A stretch of 64,000 nucleotides of DNA from Planctomycetota bacterium (GTDB lineage: Bacteria > Planctomycetota > MHYJ01 > WSZJ01), in NCBI GenBank assembly GCA_038060895.1, contig JBBTCT010000009.1, positions 240,082-304,081 of the forward strand, written 5' to 3'. This document shows positions 9,845 to 19,300 of this stretch, piece after piece. Each line of letters starts with the position of its first letter. Position 1 is the stretch's first letter. Both the position numbers and the translations under genes were made by a program. The notes beneath the pieces are model-generated. The model saw only the letters and a program-made list of their open reading frames with translations, searched no databases and had not been told where the DNA came from.

Positions 9845-10624
9845 ATGAAGATCACGTTGCTCGGCGTCCTGGCGATCCTGGCGTTCGCTCCCGGTGCGGA
9901 GGCCGAAGTGAAAACGAAGGCGGTGGAGTACAAGCACGGGGACGTCGTCCTGGAGGGGTGGATGGCGTGGGACGATGCGGCGAAGGAGAAGAGGCCCGGC
10001 GTGCTGGTCGTCCACGAATGGTGGGGGCACAACCCTTACGTCCGCAAACGCGCGGAGCAGCTCGCTGCGGAGGGCTACGTTGCTTTTGCGCTGGACATGT
10101 ATGGGAAAGGGGTGCTGGAGACGTCGATGGAAGGAGCGGGGAAGCGGGCGGGAGCGCTGAAGGGTGACCGCCGGCTGATGCGCGACCGGGCGCTGGCTGG
10201 GCTGGGGGTGCTGGCGAAGGACGAGCATGTGGACGCGAAGAAGCTTGCCGCGATCGGCTACTGCTTCGGCGGAACGGTGGCGCTGGAGCTGGCCCGGGAT
10301 GGGGTGGACCTGGCGGCGGCGGTGTCGTTTCACGGTGGGCTTGAGACATCGATGCCGGCGGAAAAGGGGAAGGTGAAGGCGAAAGTGCTGGTGTGCCACG
10401 GTGCGGACGACGGATTCGTGCCGGCGAAGGAGGTGGCGGGTTTTGAGGAAGAGATGCGCAGGGCGGGTGCGGACTGGCAGTTGGTGAAGTACAGCGGCGC
10501 GGTGCATTCCTTCACGAGTCCTGAGGCGGGGAACGATCCGGCGAAGGGGGTGGCGTACAACGAGGCCGCGGACAAGCGAAGCTGGCGTGCCATGAAGAGC
10601 CTGTTTGAGGAGGCGTTTCGATAG
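9845..10624 (+). CDS. Dienelactone hydrolase family protein with signal peptide
   Basis: VVHEWWG, nucleophile GYCFGG, HGADD, AVHSF; N-terminal signal peptide. Confidence 0.92.
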   Translation: MKITLLGVLAILAFAPGAEAEVKTKAVEYKHGDVVLEGWMAWDDAAKEKRPGVLVVHEWWGHNPYVRKRAEQLAAEGYVAFALDMYGKGVLETSMEGAGKRAGALKGDRRLMRDRALAGLGVLAKDEHVDAKKLAAIGYCFGGTVALELARDGVDLAAAVSFHGGLETSMPAEKGKVKAKVLVCHGADDGFVPAKEVAGFEEEMRRAGADWQLVKYSGAVHSFTSPEAGNDPAKGVAYNEAADKRSWRAMKSLFEEAFR

Positions 10625-10660
10625 TGGTGCAGGAGCCTCGGCGAACCACGGCTTTTCCCC

Positions 10661-10807
10661 GGGTTTTCAACATCTCGCCATGGGAAGACTCCCGGCTGTT
10701 GAATTCTTGTGAAAACAGCCATAAGTTGTTGTTACATAAATATTTGCAATATTTCAGTGAGGCGAGACGCCTTTCGGGGCTGCGAGGTTCTCCGAGGGTT
10801 TTCAACG
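10661..10807. promoter_or_regulatory. AT-rich intergenic region with DnaA-box-like 9-mers and an IHF-like site
   Basis: TTTTCAACA (10664), TGTGAAAAC (10708), direct repeat GGGTTTTCAAC (10661 and 10796), TAAGTTGTTGTTA (10722-10734). Confidence 0.35.
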
Positions 10808-10813
10808 CCTGAT

Positions 10814-11536
10814 ATGCCCCTCCTCACGGTACAGGATCTTGTCAAATCCTACGGCTCGCGCGCCGTCGTCAACGGCGTTTCCTTTCACATGGAACCGGGG
10901 GAGATCGTCGGCCTTCTCGGGCCAAACGGCGCCGGCAAAACCACAACGTTTCGAATGACCATCGGTATGATCACTCCGGATTCAGGGTCAGTCCTCTTCC
11001 GCGACCAGAACATCACGCGGCTCCCCGTCTACAGGCGCGCCCGCCGCGGAATCGGCTACCTCTCCCAGGAACAGTCCGTGTTCCAGCGCCTCACCGTGGA
11101 ACAGAACCTCCTCGCCATCCTCGAGACCCTTCCCCTGGCGCGCGCCGATCGCCTCGCCCGCGCGGACGCCCTCCTGAAAGAATTCGGCCTCGAGCATGTC
11201 CGGAAAAACCTGGGCGGCCTCTGTTCCGGCGGCGAAAAACGCCGGCTTGAAATCGCGAGGGCGCTCATTACCCAGCCGACTCTGCTCATGCTCGATGAGC
11301 CCTTCTCCGGCGTCGATCCCATCGCCGTGGAAGAGATCCAGAGGATCATCCGCCGGCTTCGCGAAAAAGGGATCGGAATCCTGCTCACGGATCACAACGT
11401 CCGCGAGACCCTCTCCGTCACGGACCGCGCGTATATCATCGCCGATGGCCAGATCCTCGCTCACGGCCCGGCGTCCGAACTTGTCGACAATCCAGCCGTG
11501 CGCAAGGCCTACCTCGGCGAATCGTTCCGCATGTAA
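10814..11536 (+). CDS. lptB: LPS export ABC ATPase LptB
   Basis: [59 protein letters not shown]. Confidence 0.95.
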   Translation: MPLLTVQDLVKSYGSRAVVNGVSFHMEPGEIVGLLGPNGAGKTTTFRMTIGMITPDSGSVLFRDQNITRLPVYRRARRGIGYLSQEQSVFQRLTVEQNLLAILETLPLARADRLARADALLKEFGLEHVRKNLGGLCSGGEKRRLEIARALITQPTLLMLDEPFSGVDPIAVEEIQRIIRRLREKGIGILLTDHNVRETLSVTDRAYIIADGQILAHGPASELVDNPAVRKAYLGESFRM

Positions 11537-11564
11537 GCCGTCCAGTCGTTAAAGTCTCACCCCG

Positions 11565-11969
11565 ATGAAACGCGACCCCCTCATCGCCATCGCCCTCGCC
11601 TGGCTCATCCCGGGACTGGGCCACCTCTTCCTCGGCCGCCCGCGGAAGGCCCTCTTCTTTTTCGCCACGCTGTCCCTCACCTACCTCCTCGGTTACGTCC
11701 TCGCAGACTTCCGCTTCGTCCGCTACGACGACAACCCGTTTTATTACGTCGGGCGTTTCGGAAGCGCGATGACGTGGCTGGCGACGTGGCTGATCCGGGA
11801 CAACGGTCCGCGCGGAATCTCCCCGATGGAGTTCTACGAGCCCGGTCTCCTCTACATGTGCTCGGCGGGCCTTCTCAACGTCGTTCTCGTGCTGAACCTG
11901 CTTTCACTGAAAGCAACTCCCGCTTCCTCGCCCCAGCAGGGCGATGCGCCGCCCGCCGCCGAAGCTTGA
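11565..11969 (+). CDS. Small membrane protein (DUF6677-like)
   Basis: LAWLIPGLGH...GLLN pattern and hydrophobic helices. Confidence 0.7.
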   Translation: MKRDPLIAIALAWLIPGLGHLFLGRPRKALFFFATLSLTYLLGYVLADFRFVRYDDNPFYYVGRFGSAMTWLATWLIRDNGPRGISPMEFYEPGLLYMCSAGLLNVVLVLNLLSLKATPASSPQQGDAPPAAEA

Positions 11970-12027
11970 CGGTCCTGCGACGCGGCCGCACAATTTCGCT
12001 CCAACGCGATTTCACGGAGACGCCGAG

Positions 12028-12135
12028 ATGCCGGGTGACCTGAAACTGTCCGTGACGGGCTGGGTTGCCGCAGCCCTCCTTACTGTCATCACATTCGTCA
12101 TCATGGGGCTGCTCGCCAGAGCTGATAGAAAGTAG
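12028..12135 (+). CDS. Putative 35-aa single-pass membrane peptide
   Basis: GGAG upstream of ATG; MPGDLKLSVTGWVAAALLTVITFVIMGLLARADRK fills the gap in the lptB-terC run. Confidence 0.5.
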   Translation: MPGDLKLSVTGWVAAALLTVITFVIMGLLARADRK

Positions 12136-12156
12136 CGCGCCCCGGCGCTGCGACCC

Positions 12157-13026
12157 GTGATCGCCACAATGCTCTCATGGTTCGCGTCGCACGGGATCGA
12201 ACTGACCGGGGAGAATCTGGCCGCCGTCGGATTGCTGGTGATCCTCGAAGCGATCCTGAGCGCCGACAACGCGATCGTCCTGGCGCTTCTCGCCTACGGG
12301 CTGCCGAAGGAAAGACAGAAGGTCGCGCTCAAGATCGGGATCTGGTGCGCGTTCATCTTCCGCCTCATCGCCGTCATCTTCCTGCTCGAACTCCTGAAAC
12401 ACTCCGGGACGAAGATCGCGGCCCTCGCTCTCGGCGGCTCCTACCTGGCATGGCTCCCCATCAAGCACTTCCGCGAGAAGGCGCGCGGCGGAATCAAGGT
12501 CGATGGCGAAGGTCCCGCCGTCGCCGCAGCCACGAGCCTCCTCGGAATGTCCCTGTTCTGGTCCACCGTCGCGCGCATCGAATTCACGGACATCGTCTTC
12601 TCGGTGGACTCCATCCTCGTCGCGATGGCTGCTTCCAAGGTGCCGTGGGTCATCATCACCGGCGGCATCCTCGGCATCATCGCGATGCGTTTCGTCGCGG
12701 GCGGATTCCTCAAGGTCATCGAACGCTTCCCGCGAGTGGTCGACGGCGCCTACATCATCGTCGGCGTGGCCGGGACAAAGATGCTCGTCGAACTGGCCCA
12801 CATGGGCATGACCGGGGGCAAACCGGATGAGCACTTTGAGAAGCTCCTGAAACTGGTCTCATTCGGCCTCATCCTGGTGATTTTCACCGGGAGTCTGCTG
12901 CTCGGGAGGAGCCGGCCGAGCGAGGAAGCGGACGATGTTCCCGAATCGGACCTCACCGGGAAGGCGGACGAGGCCGCAAATCCGCCGGAAAGCACGGCGG
13001 CGCCCGAAGCGCCGAAGCAGACCTAG
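12157..13026 (+). CDS. TerC family membrane protein
   Basis: LEAILSADNA, TDIVFSVDS, GGILGIIAMRF motifs. Confidence 0.92.
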   Translation: MIATMLSWFASHGIELTGENLAAVGLLVILEAILSADNAIVLALLAYGLPKERQKVALKIGIWCAFIFRLIAVIFLLELLKHSGTKIAALALGGSYLAWLPIKHFREKARGGIKVDGEGPAVAAATSLLGMSLFWSTVARIEFTDIVFSVDSILVAMAASKVPWVIITGGILGIIAMRFVAGGFLKVIERFPRVVDGAYIIVGVAGTKMLVELAHMGMTGGKPDEHFEKLLKLVSFGLILVIFTGSLLLGRSRPSEEADDVPESDLTGKADEAANPPESTAAPEAPKQT

Positions 13027-13214
13027 ACGAATCTCCCGACGAACCACACCAGCGCGCCGCCGCCCAGGATCGCCAGGCTCAGCAGCCCGAAGGTCTTGAA
13101 TCCCTTGCGCGCGATGTTCGCAGCGCCGTCTTCCTTCGCGGCCGTCATCACCAGCGAAGTGATGAGCGCGATGGGAAAGTACAGGAGAAGGTAGGAAAGC
13201 GGTTTCGGTCCCAC
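13023..13214 (-). CDS. Small two-TM hypothetical protein
   Basis: 63 aa with two hydrophobic helices; stop overlaps the terC stop. Confidence 0.6.
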   Translation of the reverse strand: MGPKPLSYLLLYFPIALITSLVMTAAKEDGAANIARKGFKTFGLLSLAILGGGALVWFVGRFV

Positions 13215-13306
13215 GGAAGGATGCTATAGCGCCTGAGCGACCGGCGCAACGCCGTGTTAGAATGCTCCTCACCGCCGGAAACCTCCGGCCCGATTGAGGT
13301 GAAAAA

Positions 13307-13852
13307 ATGTCCAACCAAAAGCGCTTCCTGATCGTTCTCGTCATCGCCGCCATCGCGGGCGGCGGGTATTACTTCTATTCGAAGGGGCTGAAGGCTAAGA
13401 CCGACGCGCAGCTTTTCGAGATGGTTGCCGGCGGCGGCTCGACGGCAAGCATGGCCGAGGCCGAGATTTCTCTTCGCGCCCGCGGCAGCACCGGCGCCGA
13501 CATTTTCCGCGCGCACCTGAAGGACGAGTCTCCCGCGAGCCGCAAGGCCGCGATCGGCGCGCTTGCGATCAAGAAGGACAAGGGGTCGGCGGATGCGCTG
13601 ATCGCGCTGCTGAACAACCCGAAGGAGGACGCGGAAGTGAAGGCCGCGGCGTGCACCGCGTTCGTGGACATCCGGGTGAAGGAAGCCGTGCCGGTGCTGA
13701 TGCAGATGCTGGAAGTGAAGAGCGAGGCGGTGCGGATCGCGGCGAGTTCGGCGCTTCGATCGATCACAGGGCAGAGTTATTCGAACAAGGAAACCGACAA
13801 GTGGAAGATCTGGTGGCAGGACAATTCGAAGACTTTTGAGGTCAAGGGGTAG
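13307..13852 (+). CDS. Membrane-anchored HEAT-repeat protein
   Basis: GAGG RBS, N-terminal TM, PBS/HEAT repeats (RKAAIGALA, VRIAASSALRSITG), WKIWW cap. Confidence 0.8.
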   Translation: MSNQKRFLIVLVIAAIAGGGYYFYSKGLKAKTDAQLFEMVAGGGSTASMAEAEISLRARGSTGADIFRAHLKDESPASRKAAIGALAIKKDKGSADALIALLNNPKEDAEVKAAACTAFVDIRVKEAVPVLMQMLEVKSEAVRIAASSALRSITGQSYSNKETDKWKIWWQDNSKTFEVKG

Positions 13853-13922
13853 CCGGCGGGTTGATGCATGGCCGGCATTGCAAGGCCACCCGAACGACGG
13901 CCCTGGTTCGTCGCTCAGGCCG

Positions 13923-14055
13923 TTCTGTGTGCCTCCGTTCCTCCGTGTTCTCCGTGTATGAAATTGTTTTTCAGTGACACCCGGAAGACGATCTTGGAGC
14001 CGGGAAGAAAGACGGCTTGAACACGGAATACACGGAGGAACGGAGAGACACGGAA
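13923..14055. repeat. Imperfect 35-bp inverted repeat made of 9-nt subrepeats (MITE/REP-like)
   Basis: Left arm ttctgtgtgcctccgttcctccgtgttctccgtgt (13923-13957) pairs with right arm acacggaatacacggaggaacggagagacacggaa (14021-14055). Confidence 0.8.
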
Positions 14056-14076
14056 TCTCTCCGGCGAGGGAGACCG

Positions 14077-14973
14077 TCAGGCCCTGGAACTCCGGCCATG
14101 CATCCCTGCCGAGTCCACCCACGCCCACGCGCCGGGTTCAGGGCGTCCGCCCCGCAGCGCAGTCGCGATGATCGCCGCGCTGTCCGCGAGCCGTGGCCCC
14201 GGCCGGTTGATGTAGGCGTTGCCGTCCACGGCGCAGATGCGGCCGGGAAGGCGTCGCGGAAGCCGCGCGAGAACCGCCATGGCGCGATCGAGTGAGAAGC
14301 CGCACGGCGCCACGATCGTCAGGTCCGGGCGCGCAGCGTCGATCGCTTCCCATGAAATCCGCTCCGTGCGTTCGGTGGGCGGCACGGCCGGGACGCCTCC
14401 TGCGATGGCGATCAGCTCGGCGAACCAGTTTCCGGCGGCCATGGGCGGATCGAGCCATTCGAGGCCGAGGACGCGGGGGGGCGGCGTCGTTCGGAGGCGC
14501 AGGCGCACGGCTTCGAGAGCCGCATCGAAGGCGGCGGCCATAGGCGCGGCGTTGCGGCCGAGCGCGCAGCCGACGCGGAAGAAGTCTCCGCGGACATCCG
14601 CCAGCGACATCGGCGACAGCGAAACGATCGCGACGTCACGTGCGAGCGCCTGTCTCGCAGCCGCTTCCACCTGCGACAGCGGCACGGCGCAGACCGCGCA
14701 CTGGTCCTGCGTCAGAATGACGTCCGGCTCCAGACGGGCCAGGAGCGCGACGTCGATCTCATAGATCGCAAGGCCGCGTTCGACCAGCGCCTTGACCGAA
14801 GCGTGGATCTCCGGCCCGGGGCGTGACGGGTCGAGGCGTGGACGGGAAACGACGGGGAGTGAAGCGGCCTCCGCGGGGAAGTCGCACTCGTGCGAGCGCC
14901 CGACCAGGTCGCTGCCGGCACCGAGCGCGAACGTAATTTCCGTCGCGGCGGGGAGAAGCGAGACGACTCTCAA
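14077..14973 (-). CDS. BtuF-like (cobalamin/Fe-siderophore) substrate-binding protein
   Basis: MRVVSLLPAATEI, VGRSHECDFP, ILTQDQCAVC, EWLDP, NRPGPRL. Confidence 0.85.
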   Translation of the reverse strand: MRVVSLLPAATEITFALGAGSDLVGRSHECDFPAEAASLPVVSRPRLDPSRPGPEIHASVKALVERGLAIYEIDVALLARLEPDVILTQDQCAVCAVPLSQVEAAARQALARDVAIVSLSPMSLADVRGDFFRVGCALGRNAAPMAAAFDAALEAVRLRLRTTPPPRVLGLEWLDPPMAAGNWFAELIAIAGGVPAVPPTERTERISWEAIDAARPDLTIVAPCGFSLDRAMAVLARLPRRLPGRICAVDGNAYINRPGPRLADSAAIIATALRGGRPEPGAWAWVDSAGMHGRSSRA

Positions 14974-16232
14974 CGTGAGTCCAGCGGAACGGTGACCTTC
15001 AATTCAACATCCTTGCCGTCCCGCAAAACGACGAGCGTGAACTCGGCCTTCTTCCTCAACTCCAGGAAATGCCGGATCGACTCCGGCTTTGCCATGGTGC
15101 GTTTGCCGGCCTTCCGGAGCACGTCCCCGACCTTCACCCCGGCCTTTTCCGCCGCGGAGCCGGGGGCGACCATCGTGACGGCGAGCTTGTCGTCCATCGA
15201 AACTCCCAGCCGCGGCGGCGGCAGCGCGTGGTCCTCTTTCGTCCACCAGATCCAGTCGGCGCCGGGCGCGAGCATGAAGTCAAAATTGTCGTCAGGCGTG
15301 CCGGAATCCCGCGCGTAGAGGACGCGGTACTTCCCCTTGAAGCGACGCTTGAGCCGGTCCGGAATTCCACGGCGATGCCTCACGTGCCCGCTTCCCGCAA
15401 TGACCAGCAATCGCCCGCCGTGCGCCTTCAGCCAGGCGGCGCCGCGGTCGGCCATCGTTTCGTCCCAGACGCAGAAGGCCTCGTAGAACGTGTCGATTCT
15501 CATGCCGGGATGATGCGGCATCGTCTCTTCGAAGTGCCGCCTGTGCTCGACGTCCGTGAGCACTATCTCGGCGGGAAGCAGCGCGCGCTCTTCGTCCGTC
15601 AGCGACTTCAGCCCGCCGCGGCCGACCTTGCGATTGATGTCCGGCGGAGCGTTCAGGGCGACGAGCGGGATCTTGTTTTCGCGGCAAAAAAGGAAGATGG
15701 GGCGGAAGAGGCGATACGGGAATCCCCAGGACTTGTACCAGTTCACGCCCTCCATGAATTCCCACTCGGAGAGCTCCCCGGCGTTCCACTTGTCGAGGAT
15801 CGGCTGAAGCGATTTCGGGAACATTTCGAGGCCGACGGCGAAATCGCCCTGATCGCCGGCGAGTTGCTTCACGGCTTCGAGCTCGAGTTCGTGGCCGCGG
15901 ACGTGGTCGTGAGTCTCGGCGAAGTGGACGACGGTGGCCTTGCGGAGGTCGGCCCAGAGCGCTTCGACGTCCGCGGTCTCACCGTTTTCGCGCATGAGGA
16001 CTTCCGGCTTGACGCGGCGGGTGGCCTCGCGGATGGAATCGACCGTGCCGGCGCGTTGAGCGGCGTCGAGCCGGCGGGCGTGGCCGATTTCGTGGAGGAT
16101 CAGGTCATGGAGTTCGCCCTTGAGGGAGTCGGCGTGGCCGCGGAAGAGGTCCTCGATGCGGCGGTCGAGGGCGTCTTCTGCGAAGGCGAGGGAGGAAAGG
16201 AGGGCGAGGACGGCAGGGAGGAGTGTTCGCAT
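14970..16232 (-). CDS. ChaN/PhuW family protein with C-terminal PDZ domain
   Basis: Signal peptide, AETHD, GLEMF, VALNAP, WDETMA, IAGSGHV; PDZ (RLGV...V.PGSAAEKAGV). Confidence 0.85.
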   Translation of the reverse strand: MRTLLPAVLALLSSLAFAEDALDRRIEDLFRGHADSLKGELHDLILHEIGHARRLDAAQRAGTVDSIREATRRVKPEVLMRENGETADVEALWADLRKATVVHFAETHDHVRGHELELEAVKQLAGDQGDFAVGLEMFPKSLQPILDKWNAGELSEWEFMEGVNWYKSWGFPYRLFRPIFLFCRENKIPLVALNAPPDINRKVGRGGLKSLTDEERALLPAEIVLTDVEHRRHFEETMPHHPGMRIDTFYEAFCVWDETMADRGAAWLKAHGGRLLVIAGSGHVRHRRGIPDRLKRRFKGKYRVLYARDSGTPDDNFDFMLAPGADWIWWTKEDHALPPPRLGVSMDDKLAVTMVAPGSAAEKAGVKVGDVLRKAGKRTMAKPESIRHFLELRKKAEFTLVVLRDGKDVELKVTVPLDSR

Positions 16233-16395
16233 GGGGTGAGGATAGTGCGGAGATGGCGGTTCTGGAAGTTGCGAACGATCCGATGGGGTAAATGGGATCG
16301 GGGGATATCGCAGATTTGTGTCGAGTTGGACTTGACTCCGGCGCCTGGATGCCTGATAATGTGAGTGAACGCTCACTCGCATCTCTGGAGCCTCC

Positions 16396-19300
16396 ATGAA
16401 CGCCCCCGCGCCCGCCGCAGCCCGCCAGCTCTTCCATTGCGAATTCTGCGATGCTCCCCTCCGCGACTTCATGGTCTTCTGCCCTCGCTGCAGCCTACGC
16501 CTCGACGCCGGACAGCTTGCTCTCCGACGCGCCAATGTCCTCCTCGGCGAAGCGGGTTCGTGGTGCAAGTCGGGGGACCTGCCCTCCGAGATCGCCGAGC
16601 GCATGCTCGACAAGTACCGGACCGAGTACGGCACCGCCATGACCGGGCTCATCGCTCGTTCGCCGAAGTTCCGGTCCGGCGCGGTTCCCGTTGCGAACGC
16701 GGTGGCGCCCGGGGCATCGACTCCGGCGGCAGCCGCTTCCGTCGTGCTTGCCCCGCCCGCCGCGGCGCCTGAACCGGTCGAGGTTCCGAAGCCGGCCGAA
16801 AACCCGCCCGGTTGGGTCACCATTCCCGTCGATCCCGCCCCTCCTGTGGCGGCGGCGCCGGTCGTCCTGTCCACCGAGCCCGAAGACATTCCGGCCGCCG
16901 CGCCCGTCGAGGTCGTTTCGATGGGCGCGGACGGCCGGCCACGATTTGCCGCACCGCGTCATTCCGCCGTACGCCCGCAGGAGCCGCAGGAAGACCTGCT
17001 GTTCGGCGTGCTGTCCGAACGCCACCTCAACGTGCTCGCGAGCGTCGGCATCTTCGCGGTGTTCGTCGCCGTCGTGCTTCTGGTCTACAAGGGGTGGGAA
17101 GGGTACGCCGCGGCATCCAAGGTCGGCATGATCGCCGCTGCCGCCGGTGCTTCGATGGGCCTCGGCGCCCTTCTGCGCTCGAAGACCGTTCTCAAGACGA
17201 CCGGGAACGCGCTGTTCGTGCTCGGCACGCTTTCGACGCCCATCGTCTTCGCCGCGGCCGCCTGGTACGACCTCTTCAGCATCTCCGACTCCGTGCTCGG
17301 CGTGGCCGGGGCCGCCTCGAGTGCCGCGCTCTACGCCTGGCTGGGCCGCAAAAAGGAATTCGCGTACTTCTCATGGCTGGCGTGCGCTTCGGTGATCGTC
17401 GGGCACGGGTTCCTGCTGGACCTCTGCGGCGTGACCGGCCACGACCTGGCACCCGGGTACGGGTTGCTCGGCGCGGCGCTGGCAGTCCTGGCGGCTCGGA
17501 CCCGGCGCAAGGAACTCGAAGTCTCCGCGGGCGCCGTGCTGATCGGTTCGATGATCGCGTGCGTGCCGCTGGTGATCTGGGGACAGTTGTCGCCCGGAAT
17601 CGGGCTGGTGGGCGCGCTGGCGATGTGCGGCGGGTTCGTCGCGATGTCCGCGATCCATCCTCTCTGGATGCACGGCGCGTGGCTCGCGGCCGGCGGCGCA
17701 TCGCTCGCAGCGTGCAGGGCCTCGCACGCGACCTGGCCGGCGTGGCCGGGAGGACTCGCGGTGGCCGGGGCGCTGTCGCTGGCGGGGGCGCTGAAGAAAC
17801 ACGTGCGCACGGAGCCGCTCGTCGCGGGGGGCGCGGCGCTGCTCCTCGTCGCCGGGATCATGTGCGGGATGGGCTACGGCTCGGCGAAGTTCCCGCTCGC
17901 GGACCAGGCCCTCCTGTTCTTCGCGATCGTTGCGACGCCGGCGCTTGCCGTGACGGCCTGGAAGCGAAACGAAGAGCCGTGGGCGCTCGTGTCGATGGTG
18001 CTTCCGGGGGCGGCGTTCTTTGCGATCCGCCGGCTGCTGGAGCTTCCGGTGGGATGGCTTCCCGTCGGGCTCGGCGCTTACGCCGCGGCGCTCTACGCAT
18101 TCGGCCGCGGCACGAACGTCTTCGCGCGCGCAGCGACGCCCGTCGCGATCTTCTCGCACGTCGTCGCCTTCCTGGTCTGCTGCTACCCCGGGGCCGCGGC
18201 GCTCTCGTTCCTCGACGCCGACGCGGCGCGCATGGCTCGCGCGATCCCGCATTTCTGGGGCGACTTCGCCTGGCGCGGTGCGTTCGCCATGCTGCTCCCG
18301 GGGCTCGCGATTCTCTTCGCCCGCGTCCGCCCAGATCCGCACTTCCTGTACGGGGCGCAGCCGTCCCTTCTCGCCGCGCTCGTGTTCTCCGCTCACGCTC
18401 TTCATCTGCCTGGAGAGTGGATGACCTCGCTCGTCGCGGGGGCTTCTCTAGCCGTCGTCCTGGCGACGGTCCGGCTCGAGGACGTCTTCCGCGGTCCGGT
18501 CCGGATCATGGGAGGCGTTGCCGCCGTCCCCGCCGCGATCGCCGGGTTCGTGTTCTGGGCACAGCCCGAAGGCGCGACCTCGCTCGCCGCCTCCGGCGCG
18601 CTCGCCGTCGCTCTCGGGCTCTTCACATCCGTCGAAATCCCGATCGCCCTCGGCGCCGCGCTGCTCGCGGCCTCCTGGGCCTCGACTTCGGAAATCATGT
18701 TCGTCGCTCCGCGCTTTCTAGCCGTCGGCGCCCTCGAGTTCGTCCCCGCAGCCGCGGCGTCGCTCGTCGTGCAGGATGCGAAGAAGCGGATCGCGGCGCT
18801 GGCCGGGGTCGGTCTGGTCTGCTCCGTTGAAGTCATGCGCATGCTCGCCCGCCCGGATTCGTGGAGCGCCCCGGGCGCCGCTCTGCCCGCCCTGACGCTT
18901 GGACTTCTCGCAGCGACGTCGCTCGCGCTCGGGTTCCGTGAGAAGAGCGCCGACGAACCCCAGGAGCCCGCAGCGTGGTCGGGAATCGGCGCACTGCTCG
19001 CCATGGCCGCTGGCGGGTTCGTGGTTCTCCAAATTGGAGTGGGAGCGGATTCCCGCGCCGCCGCGTGCGCCGTGATCCCTGCCGCGCTCGTGATCGCCGG
19101 CGCGCTCCGCCTGAAGAGCGCCCAGGGTCTCCCCTGGATCGCCCTCGGCTCGGCCGGCGTCCTCCTCTCCGTCGCCTGGTCGTTCAACAGCGGTTTCGCT
19201 TCCGCAGCGGCCGCGACCGCGGTCGCCGCCGTTCCCGCCATGCTCCTCGCCTTCACCGGCCCATCGAAGGAAATCGCCTCCGCCACCGGCGCCGGCCTCC

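Noticed and set aside
9722-14055. Short repeats at 9722-9794 and 13923-14055 as CRISPR arrays
   Set aside because: No repeat-spacer periodicity and no cas genes.
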